A stretch of 64,000 bases of DNA from Minisyncoccota bacterium (GTDB taxonomy: Bacteria > Patescibacteriota > Minisyncoccia > Phycocordibacterales > SBAW01), in contig DATKGU010000010.1 of assembly GCA_035510635.1 (NCBI GenBank), positions 2,149 through 66,148 on the forward strand, in the 5' to 3' direction. Each line of letters starts with the position of its first letter. Position 1 is the stretch's first letter. The notes under the pieces were generated by a model. The model had not been told where the DNA came from and did no database searches. It saw only the letters and a program-made list of their open reading frames with translations. The translations under genes and the position numbers were made by a program. Shown piece after piece: positions 19,984 to 27,059 of this stretch.

Positions 19984-21050
19984 TGACAAAAACAGAAATC
20001 AACTGGTCTGACATAAGCAAAAAATTTTCAAAAAAAGAACTCCCCGACTCGGAGGTTGAGTTTGAGGGTGAGGTTCCTGCCGATGTGGTGGCACTCTACA
20101 AAGACGAAGCGCTCGCGCACATCGCGAGCGAGCTTGAGTTGCCGGGCTTTCGCAAAGGCCACGTGCCAACCGACATTGCACTCAAAAAAGTGGGCGACAT
20201 TGCCTTGCTCGAGGAGTCGGTCGAGGTGCTCATACGCGAGCTCTACCCCGCACTTGTTGCCGAGCACGCTGCAGACGCTGTGGGCCGCCCCGATATCCGC
20301 ATCACCAAACTCGCACCGAGCGAGCCCGTAGGCCTTACCGTGCGCACGGCTGTGTACCCTGTTGTAACAATCCCCAAAGATTGGAAGGATATTGCAGGCA
20401 AAACTCCACTTGAGGCTGCAGCGCTCGCGACCGACGAGGAGGTAGAAAAAACTATCGAGGACTTGCGCAAAAGCAGAAGGGCACCTTCTGCACCCGATGC
20501 AGAAGGTGCCCTTCAGGAAGCTCCCCTGCCCGAATTGAATGATGAGTTTGCACAATCGCTCGGCGCGTTTAAAACACTCGAGGAGCTACGCACACAAATC
20601 AAAAAAGGCATCGGAGAGGAAAAGGAGCGCACTGCCAAAGATGCACGCCGCGGCAAAATAATCGACAAACTGCTCGACAAAACACAAGTGGCAGTGCCAA
20701 AGATTTTTGTCGAGAGTGAGCTTGATAAAATTATGGGCCAAATGCAAGAGGATGTCGCGCGCTTTGGCATGAGCTACGAGGATTACCTCAAACGTGTTAA
20801 TAAAACCGAGGAGGCCGTGCGCCAAGACTTTTATGAGCAAGGCGCGAAGCGCGCAAAACTCCAGCTCGTGTTAAACAAACTTGCCGCTGACGAAAAAATC
20901 GATGCCGAAAAAGAAGCGGTTGATGCGGAGATGAAGCATGCGGTAGAGCACTTCCCCGAAGCAAACCTCGAGCTCCTAAAAATCCATATAGAAACAGTCT
21001 TGCGTAACGAGCGTGTCCTAAAAATCCTCGAAGGTGAAGCAAAAGAGTAG
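19983..21050 (+). CDS. tig: Trigger factor lacking the FKBP/PPIase domain
   Basis: PGFRKGHVP ribosome-binding signature followed directly by LPELNDEFA and the C-domain. Confidence 0.92.
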   Translation: MTKTEINWSDISKKFSKKELPDSEVEFEGEVPADVVALYKDEALAHIASELELPGFRKGHVPTDIALKKVGDIALLEESVEVLIRELYPALVAEHAADAVGRPDIRITKLAPSEPVGLTVRTAVYPVVTIPKDWKDIAGKTPLEAAALATDEEVEKTIEDLRKSRRAPSAPDAEGALQEAPLPELNDEFAQSLGAFKTLEELRTQIKKGIGEEKERTAKDARRGKIIDKLLDKTQVAVPKIFVESELDKIMGQMQEDVARFGMSYEDYLKRVNKTEEAVRQDFYEQGAKRAKLQLVLNKLAADEKIDAEKEAVDAEMKHAVEHFPEANLELLKIHIETVLRNERVLKILEGEAKE

Positions 21051-21142
21051 CGCCTGCGTGAAGCCCACAAAAAGTTCCACGGCCAACGCAGGAAATAAAA
21101 AAGCCCCGGCGATTATGTCGCCGAGGTCTTTGTTTTGTGAGC

Positions 21143-21616
21143 CTATCTCGGAGGACGTGGTCGACATGAGCTAAAATACAGCGTTGCTGCAATTAACCCG
21201 TCGACCCAATATCCTGATAGGTCTAATTCAGATGTGAATATAAATTGTACAATCTTAACAGGCAACAATAGAACCGGAATTACTATGGAGCCGATTCTAC
21301 CTATCACCCATAAGGTGTTGTGGACAGGCCGCCTATTATAGAGGCGGCTCACATACACCTCGGCTCTTAAAAAACGTATGTAGTAATACAATCCGCATCC
21401 GATCAGTGCAACAGCGAGTACGACTCCCAAAGGAGTAGTCTCAATCTGGTGCTCTAGATCGAAAGTAATGCCGAGTAGTAATAACGCTGCAAGCAGACAC
21501 GCAAGTGCTTCTGCCTGCCAGAACGTGTCCTTGCCGGTGTGTTTATACACATACCAGCTAACAGATTCGCAAAGAACGATAACTCGAGCGTCGAAGTTTC
21601 GGATCCATCGAATCAT
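21143..21616 (-). CDS. Orphan multi-pass membrane protein (island)
   Basis: Several hydrophobic segments; SD AGGAGG. Confidence 0.7.
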   Translation of the reverse strand: MIRWIRNFDARVIVLCESVSWYVYKHTGKDTFWQAEALACLLAALLLLGITFDLEHQIETTPLGVVLAVALIGCGLYYYIRFLRAEVYVSRLYNRRPVHNTLWVIGRIGSIVIPVLLLPVKIVQFIFTSELDLSGYWVDGLIAATLYFSSCRPRPPR

Positions 21617-21636
21617 GGAACCCTCCTAAATCTCAA

Positions 21637-21662
21637 TCAACCAACGATGATTCGCGAGTTGA
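21637..21662 (-). repeat. Island hairpin repeat, copy 1
   Basis: Minus strand TCAACTCGCGA-ATCA-TCGTTGGTTGA. Confidence 0.85.
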
Positions 21663-21706
21663 ATAAAGTGGATGATTTTTTACAGAAATCATCCAAAAAA
21701 CTGGGA

Positions 21707-22198
21707 TTAGCGCGCCGGTTCTTCAACCGGCAATGAAGCGAGGAGCAACCGGATGTCGTCCTTCTCCTTCTCGTTCATGAAAAGACGGGTCGCCGCCTCC
21801 TCATTTTTCGGGTCGGCCGTCGAGCTGGCCTGACCCTCGACGAAGTTCACGCCATGAGAAGAAGGTACCATTCCTTCTTCTCGTTTGGAATATTCGTAGT
21901 AGCCGCCTTCGCGCTTACGCGCGAAAGAAAAACCAAGGATAGTCTGCCCGACTTCCTTCGGCCCCAACCTGAACTCTTTGGCATTGACCACGGGGCCCTT
22001 TCGGGACTCGGAGTCGACAGCTACGAGAGCGATCATTCGCCCCCGCTTCTTTTCCTCCGCTCTCGCGAGCAAAAGGAGTTCAGAAAAGTTCCTGCGGGTT
22101 TCTTCGCGCAGATCAAGAACGGGCAACGCCCATTCCCGGCCCAGTTTTTCGAGGGATGCGCCAAAATCGAGCGTACCCAGTGAAATTTTCCGAAACAT
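21707..22198 (-). CDS. Orphan protein (island)
   Basis: 163-aa ORF; SD GGAGG before ATG 22198. Confidence 0.7.
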   Translation of the reverse strand: MFRKISLGTLDFGASLEKLGREWALPVLDLREETRRNFSELLLLARAEEKKRGRMIALVAVDSESRKGPVVNAKEFRLGPKEVGQTILGFSFARKREGGYYEYSKREEGMVPSSHGVNFVEGQASSTADPKNEEAATRLFMNEKEKDDIRLLLASLPVEEPAR

Positions 22199-22223
22199 TT
22201 TCAAACCTCCGCTAAAATCTCAA

Positions 22224-22249
22224 TCAACTCACGATTGTTCGCAAGCTGA
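22224..22249 (-). repeat. Island hairpin repeat, copy 2
   Basis: Minus strand TCAGCTTGCGA-ACAA-TCGTGAGTTGA. Confidence 0.85.
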
Positions 22250-22298
22250 AAAAAGTGGACGATTTTTTGCAGAAAAATCATCCAAAAAACTGTGGGGG

Positions 22299-22511
22299 TC
22301 AGCTATTCTCGCGATCCCGAACGAGCTCCGCCAAGATGCGGCGGAAATCCGCGGCGGCGGCGTTGTCGCCGCGCGCCTCGGCTTCCTGGAGGAAGCCGCG
22401 GACGGTGGCCTCGCGCTCCAGCTGATTCTGCATCAGCCGGGCGCGGGCGCGGACGATGGCGCTTTCCGCGCCGCCGCCGACCGTGGTCTTCCTGTCGAAG
22501 ACGTTGGGCAT
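22299..22511 (-). CDS. Small helical orphan protein (island)
   Basis: 70-aa GC-rich ORF; SD AAGGAG. Confidence 0.7.
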   Translation of the reverse strand: MPNVFDRKTTVGGGAESAIVRARARLMQNQLEREATVRGFLQEAEARGDNAAAADFRRILAELVRDRENS

Positions 22512-22531
22512 ATAGAGTCTCCTTGACTCAA

Positions 22532-22557
22532 TTAGCTCACGACAATTCGCGAGCTAA
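22532..22557 (-). repeat. Island hairpin repeat, copy 3
   Basis: Minus strand TTAGCTCGCGA-ATTG-TCGTGAGCTAA. Confidence 0.85.
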
Positions 22558-22706
22558 ACAGAGTCCTCGAATTTTCGCATCGAGGAAGTGCGTCCCTTGC
22601 GGGAATATTTCTTTTTATCCGTCACAACTTGGTGACGGAACTGCTTTTGCGCAAGCGCACGCGCTGCAGCATTGCGCGGCTTGGGAACTTGTATCACCAA
22701 TCTCAT
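22554..22706 (-). CDS. 50-aa basic ArfA-like protein (not in the ORF track)
   Basis: Manual translation MRLVIQVPKPRNAAARALAQKQFRHQVVTDKKKYSRKGRTSSMRKFEDSV; SD AGGAGG. Confidence 0.65.
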   Translation of the reverse strand: MRLVIQVPKPRNAAARALAQKQFRHQVVTDKKKYSRKGRTSSMRKFEDSV

Positions 22707-22816
22707 GGTGACCTCCTCTAAAGAACATCTCATTTTCTTGCAGTAGCCAGGCAGAGACTTCTCCTGACAGCGATTGAGTTACAGAGCTCGCCACACTCCG
22801 GTGCCGATGGTTGCGG

Positions 22817-23077
22817 TCAGTGCCACTCCGTGCGGAGTTGCGCCTTCCAGTTGTTATCGGGGCGACCGCCGGAGCGGTGCTTACCGACAACCTGGATGCG
22901 CAGACCGCCGTTGCACTTCGCCACATAGTCGGCGAAGCCAGCAGCCTTGACCTTGTACTTTTTTCCATACTCGGCTTCGGTAAAGATGCCAAGCACGGGG
23001 CCGCCAGTCGTGCGGCCGTACAAGATCGCAACCTCGGCAAAGGCACTGAAATGTTCGATTTCAACGAACATTTTCAT
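22817..23077 (-). CDS. Small orphan protein (island)
   Basis: ORF with GGGAG SD; start 23077 or 23071. Confidence 0.65.
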   Translation of the reverse strand: MKMFVEIEHFSAFAEVAILYGRTTGGPVLGIFTEAEYGKKYKVKAAGFADYVAKCNGGLRIQVVGKHRSGGRPDNNWKAQLRTEWH

Positions 23078-23175
23078 CTCCCTCACCTACAGAGCACCAC
23101 CATTGATGCCCTGGAGAAAGGGGGCGAGCTTTGGTTTCCCATTGCTCACCTCGAAAATAATAGAATTGGACTCAA

Positions 23176-23202
23176 TCAGCCAACGATTCATTCGCGAGCT
23201 AA
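23176..23202 (-). repeat. Island hairpin repeat, copy 4
   Basis: Minus strand TTAGCTCGCGA-ATGAA-TCGTTGGCTGA. Confidence 0.85.
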
Positions 23203-23376
23203 ACAGAGTCCTCGAAGCAAGCTTCGAGGAACTCGCGGTTGTAAAGCGCGAGAGTTTTTGTGCGTAAGTTGGACTATGTAGGGTGTGGTCCAACCGCAGC
23301 TTCTGGTGCCAAGACAGGTTGCTTTCCTGCCTCCGTTGGTTCAAACGACGGACCCTCCGTCTCCCAACAATTCGCG

Positions 23377-23589
23377 CTAGTTCAAAAAGCGGTGGTCCTG
23401 GAGGAACTTCTCCAGGACCTCATCGGCCTCCTCGCGGCGGCCGCGCTTCTCGAACCACGAGGCGACGGCGAGCACGTGGCGCTCGTCCATCACCTTGCGC
23501 GGGCACTGGAGGGGCTTGAACCCCTCGGTCCAGCTTTGGACCCCGAGGACGTGCCCGTCCTCGGTGACGACCAGGGTCGTCTGGCACAT
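23377..23589 (-). CDS. Small orphan protein (island)
   Basis: MCQTTLVVTEDG...; SD GGAGG before ATG 23589. Confidence 0.7.
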   Translation of the reverse strand: MCQTTLVVTEDGHVLGVQSWTEGFKPLQCPRKVMDERHVLAVASWFEKRGRREEADEVLEKFLQDHRFLN

Positions 23590-23604
23590 GGGGTTTCCTC
23601 CCGT

Positions 23605-23890
23605 GGCCCGCCAACTTGCGTTGACTTCCTTGCTCAAAGCCGCAAGGCATAGCTTTTTTGCCGCAATAGCGGCGAAAGTACTGAGCTGTCTTTTGCTGTT
23701 GGGAATGAGACCCGACACAACAAAAGACTTTAGGGCGTACATACCCAACGGAAGCTCAATTCCGTACCTCATCTGCCCCACCATCGTGGGGTGCTGCGGA
23801 TGAGGATTACATGCCGGAAACATCGCTCGGCTTTAGAGACTCGGGCAACCATTCGCACCCTATCCCTCGGCCATGTTATGGCCTACTTTT
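23605..23890 (-). ncRNA. Candidate structured non-coding RNA or leader
   Basis: About 7 consecutive stem-loops visible by eye. Confidence 0.4.
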
Positions 23891-23897
23891 ACCTCGA

Positions 23898-23923
23898 TCA
23901 GCTCGCGATTGCTCGTAAGCTGA
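23898..23923 (-). repeat. Island hairpin repeat, copy 5
   Basis: Minus strand TCAGCTTACGA-GCAA-TCGCGAGCTGA. Confidence 0.8.
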
Positions 23924-24007
23924 ATAGAGAGGAGAAGCGCGTGCACTTCTCCTGGGAACAATTTTGTTTCTGTTGCCAAGCGGTATTGTCAAACCGCTCC
24001 GATTGGC

Positions 24008-24331
24008 CTAGGCGACTTCGATCAGATACCAGACGATGCTGGCACCTTCCGGAAGAGTGCTTGCCCCTTCCGGGAGCCGCGGGCCCTTGTACTGGCCCAC
24101 GATTGCGCTGTCGCCCTTTTTGAGAGCGATGGTTGCGCGAATCGCGGGCACAGTCACGCCGAGTTGGCTGGCCATGACGGCCGCCGTGTCGGAATGCCCG
24201 ACGGCGGATTCGAACCCGCCATCGAGAAGGCCTCGCGCCTCGTCGAGCGAGATTTCCCTGAACAGGAGCGAACCTTTCGACTCGCTGACCATATTCAAGG
24301 AAAAAGCGTTCAACAACTTCAATTCGTTCAT
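24008..24331 (-). CDS. DUF1874 (STIV B116/YddF) family protein, AcrIII-1-like cA4 ring nuclease
   Basis: LLNAFSLNM, FESAVGH, R, GQY.GPRLPEG...LP motifs; 107 aa; SD GGAGG. Confidence 0.85.
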   Translation of the reverse strand: MNELKLLNAFSLNMVSESKGSLLFREISLDEARGLLDGGFESAVGHSDTAAVMASQLGVTVPAIRATIALKKGDSAIVGQYKGPRLPEGASTLPEGASIVWYLIEVA

Positions 24332-24546
24332 GAGAACCTCCAAAACAATCGGAATCGCGGAATGCGACCCCTACTACCCCACCAACAAACTTGCGCGGGC
24401 ACCCCATTTATATTGAAGGGTGGGCTCAAAGGCCTGTTGCGCTGGTTATTAGTAGGGCAAAGGAATCACATATTCTTTGCATTTTTAACGTATTAAACTG
24501 TCAAAGTCCGGCTCCTTTCTAGATGTCAAACTTGATTGACAGAGGT

Positions 24547-24574
24547 ATTATAGTCGATTCCCATTTTTTGTCAA
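24547..24574 (-). promoter_or_regulatory. Consensus sigma70 promoter facing the island
   Basis: TTGACA-16 nt-TATAAT on the minus strand. Confidence 0.7.
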
Positions 24575-24724
24575 GCATTGTTGGCACATTGTATATAAAT
24601 ATGTCAAATATAGCCTTATGTATAGCCATATTTACAGATATATAAAATCAGTAATTTATGACAAATAAAATTATTTACAAACTTACTACTTGACTTTTAT
24701 TTTTGACAATGCTAAGCTATTACT

Positions 24725-24955
24725 GTTGGTGGTTGGGATAACTTGAAAGCCGACTGCTAACCCGGGTATGCACCCGGCCCGCTTATCGGGTGCTCTTTAG
24801 GAGAGGGTTCATGCGTAGATCCCCCGGAGATGGCGGCGGCTGGTAAATTGACCGGCTTACGTCAAAAAATTGGCTAAAATCAGGACGATTTAAGCCAGAA
24901 TCCAAAAAACATGTGTGCTACCGGGGCGGCTCTTGCGTAAAGCAAGGCCGCCCCA
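24725..24955 (+). ncRNA. Candidate structured ncRNA, divergent from the island
   Basis: TTGACT...TAAGCT promoter-like site upstream, serial hairpins, GC-rich terminal hairpin, no credible ORF. Confidence 0.4.
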
Positions 24956-24963
24956 AACTATTT

Positions 24964-25719
24964 CTAATGATCCTCTACTCCTATACTCCACATCAACGAA
25001 AAGAAAACTCTAAAACTTTCTGCAATTTCTTTGCTTTCAATTATTATTCCAAATATAGGACTATTAAGAGACATAACGGCAACATTATTTTTATATACAA
25101 AAAAATCAGAACCTATGGGCATTTTGTCATAGGGTATAAACCGTCTTGCGGCATTCGGGGTTATATCATCTCTTGCTAAAGAGACTCCCTTTTTTGTGTA
25201 TACCGAACGTACTTTTATTCCTCTCTCAATGCGCCGGTTAGTATAACTAAACAATTCCTTTTCTGTATATATATTTTTAAGAGCATCGTAGCAGTAGATT
25301 ATGAGTATTTCATCGTCTTTTTTAAGCTTCAAAGTTTCTTCACGCATAGCGGTAATACCCTCCTTGCCGCTAAAAAAGCGCACCATTGGCCGCTCGCCGG
25401 CTCCTTCAAATTTGTTCAGGAGTTCGGGGAGAAAGTTTGCCAGCTCATGTTCTTTAACTTCAAACTCTTGTTTTTTCAATTCAAAAATGCGTTTTAAATA
25501 TTCGGGCGACTCTGGGGCAAAATAAGTTTTCTTGCCCTCCTGGTAAGTACTCATAAGTCCTTTTTTCATCAAAGATTCTATTTGTACATAAGTGGTCGAG
25601 CGCACAATCTTTGATTGCTTGGCTAATTGATCGGCCGTAGCACGGCCAATGTCGAGCGAAGCAAGATATACCTTTGCCTCCTTTTCCGAGAGCCCAATAT
25701 CTTGGAGTTCTTTAAGCAT
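24964..25719 (-). CDS. TrmB-family transcriptional regulator
   Basis: LQDIGLSEKEAKVYLASL wHTH; PMVRFFSGKEGI; C-terminal PLD-like sensor; AT-rich. Confidence 0.9.
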   Translation of the reverse strand: MLKELQDIGLSEKEAKVYLASLDIGRATADQLAKQSKIVRSTTYVQIESLMKKGLMSTYQEGKKTYFAPESPEYLKRIFELKKQEFEVKEHELANFLPELLNKFEGAGERPMVRFFSGKEGITAMREETLKLKKDDEILIIYCYDALKNIYTEKELFSYTNRRIERGIKVRSVYTKKGVSLARDDITPNAARRFIPYDKMPIGSDFFVYKNNVAVMSLNSPIFGIIIESKEIAESFRVFFSLMWSIGVEDH

Positions 25720-25858
25720 TGCCTACAGTATACCAATAAAAAATTTAAAAATAGAAAAGAGAAATGGCGCCGTCCGGTGAAGGATAGGCGCCATTTAAAC
25801 TTCCGAGGAAGCTCGATCGAACAGAAGAACTTCAACAGAAGATTTTCTGTGCTGAATA

Positions 25859-26083
25859 TCAGCCCAGCACAGAGACAACCGGACTCGTGGCAAGAACGAT
25901 CCTGCCCTCTCTCCAAAGCATCAAGCCCTCGCCGATCTGGAGACTAAAATGATCCCCAAGGATCGACTGACCGGTAGCTACGCTACCGGAATTTTGCGAG
26001 AGCTTTCGGACCTCAAAAGAGGAGCCGACGCCCGAGAGCTGGTAGGTGGAGTTACCCGTTTGAACGATCATCATAACCCCCAT
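25859..26083 (-). CDS. Small orphan beta-rich protein
   Basis: 74-aa ORF ([11 protein letters not shown]...TSPVVSV) followed by a hairpin at ~25761-25795. Confidence 0.5.
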   Translation of the reverse strand: MGVMMIVQTGNSTYQLSGVGSSFEVRKLSQNSGSVATGQSILGDHFSLQIGEGLMLWREGRIVLATSPVVSVLG

Positions 26084-26191
26084 GTTGCGCCGTTATGCGA
26101 AATGCAAACGGCTGAGAAAATTGCCCTGCTCCAACATTCTCTCAATATCACTAAAACTTGTCAAATGACAAAAACGAAGTATAATTTCGGC

Positions 26192-26833
26192 ATGCAAAAC
26201 AATCAAAAATCACACAAAAATGATATCGGGGACCAGCTCGTGCCTATGGTTATCGAAAAGTCGCCTTTTGGCGAGCGCGCTTTTGACATTTACTCGCGTT
26301 TGCTCAAAGAGCGCATCATTTTTTTGAGCGGCCCAATTGAGGACTACACCGCCAACCTTGTGATTGCCCAGCTCCTCTTTTTGGAGTCCGAGGACCCTAA
26401 AAAAGACATCCAGCTCTACATCAACTCCCCCGGCGGCTCGGTCACTGCAGGCCTCGCCATGCTCGACACGATGAATCACATCAAACCCGATGTGGCCACG
26501 GTGTGCGTTGGCATTGCAGCATCGGCGGCAGCTATTATTTTGGCAGCCGGGCAAAAGGGCAAGCGTTTTGCCCTGCCCAACGCCGAGGTGATGATCCACC
26601 AGCCATGGGGCGGCGCACAAGGCCAGGCCACCGACATCGAGATTACTGCCAAGCATATCCTTGCCACCCGCGACCGACTTAACAGGATTTTGGCCAAAGC
26701 AACCGGCCAAGACCTCAAAAAGATAGAGAAGGACGTTGAGCGCGACTACTTTATGTCTGCGGAGGAGGCCAAAAAGTACGGCCTTGTTGATGAGATTTTT
26801 GCCCAAAAGGGCATTACCAGCCTTAAAAAGTAA
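26192..26833 (+). CDS. clpP: ATP-dependent Clp protease proteolytic subunit
   Basis: [29 protein letters not shown]; start trimmed. Confidence 0.97.
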   Translation: MQNNQKSHKNDIGDQLVPMVIEKSPFGERAFDIYSRLLKERIIFLSGPIEDYTANLVIAQLLFLESEDPKKDIQLYINSPGGSVTAGLAMLDTMNHIKPDVATVCVGIAASAAAIILAAGQKGKRFALPNAEVMIHQPWGGAQGQATDIEITAKHILATRDRLNRILAKATGQDLKKIEKDVERDYFMSAEEAKKYGLVDEIFAQKGITSLKK

Positions 26834-27059
26834 GCTTGCGAGACAGCTTTTTTACTGGTATTGTGTTGGTGTTCTTCATTCATCAATCATTTATTTTTAG
26901 TAATCGTTTTCATTCGCTTCGCTGATACTAGTACAAAACCTCTGTGAAACTCGCGCGACTCTCTAACGCTATCGTCTCTGCCTCACAGTAATCCACTCCG
27001 CATATTGCGGGGTGGCCGTACGAATATATTGCTCAAGCGATTTGGAAACCAAATCGCCT

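Noticed and set aside
21637-23923. Island repeats as a CRISPR array
   Set aside because: The repeats are degenerate, 300-700 bp apart with whole genes between them, and no cas genes are in the window
21637-23923. Island repeats as canonical integron attC or Xer dif sites
   Set aside because: There are no RYYYAAC/GTTRRRY ends and the spacer varies in length and sequence. The recombinase at 36.3 kb looks like a housekeeping Xer with no evident IntI insertion.
24725-24955. RNase P RNA (contains CCGGCTTA)
   Set aside because: The GAGGAAAGUCC half of P4 is absent
21060-24960. Island as an intact prophage or ICE
   Set aside because: No integrase, structural, replication or relaxase genes, and no flanking att repeats seen
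25949-26191. N-terminal extension of ClpP
   Set aside because: It overlaps a promoter (TTGTCA/TATAAT) and an opposite-strand ORF; ATG 26192 fits ClpP length
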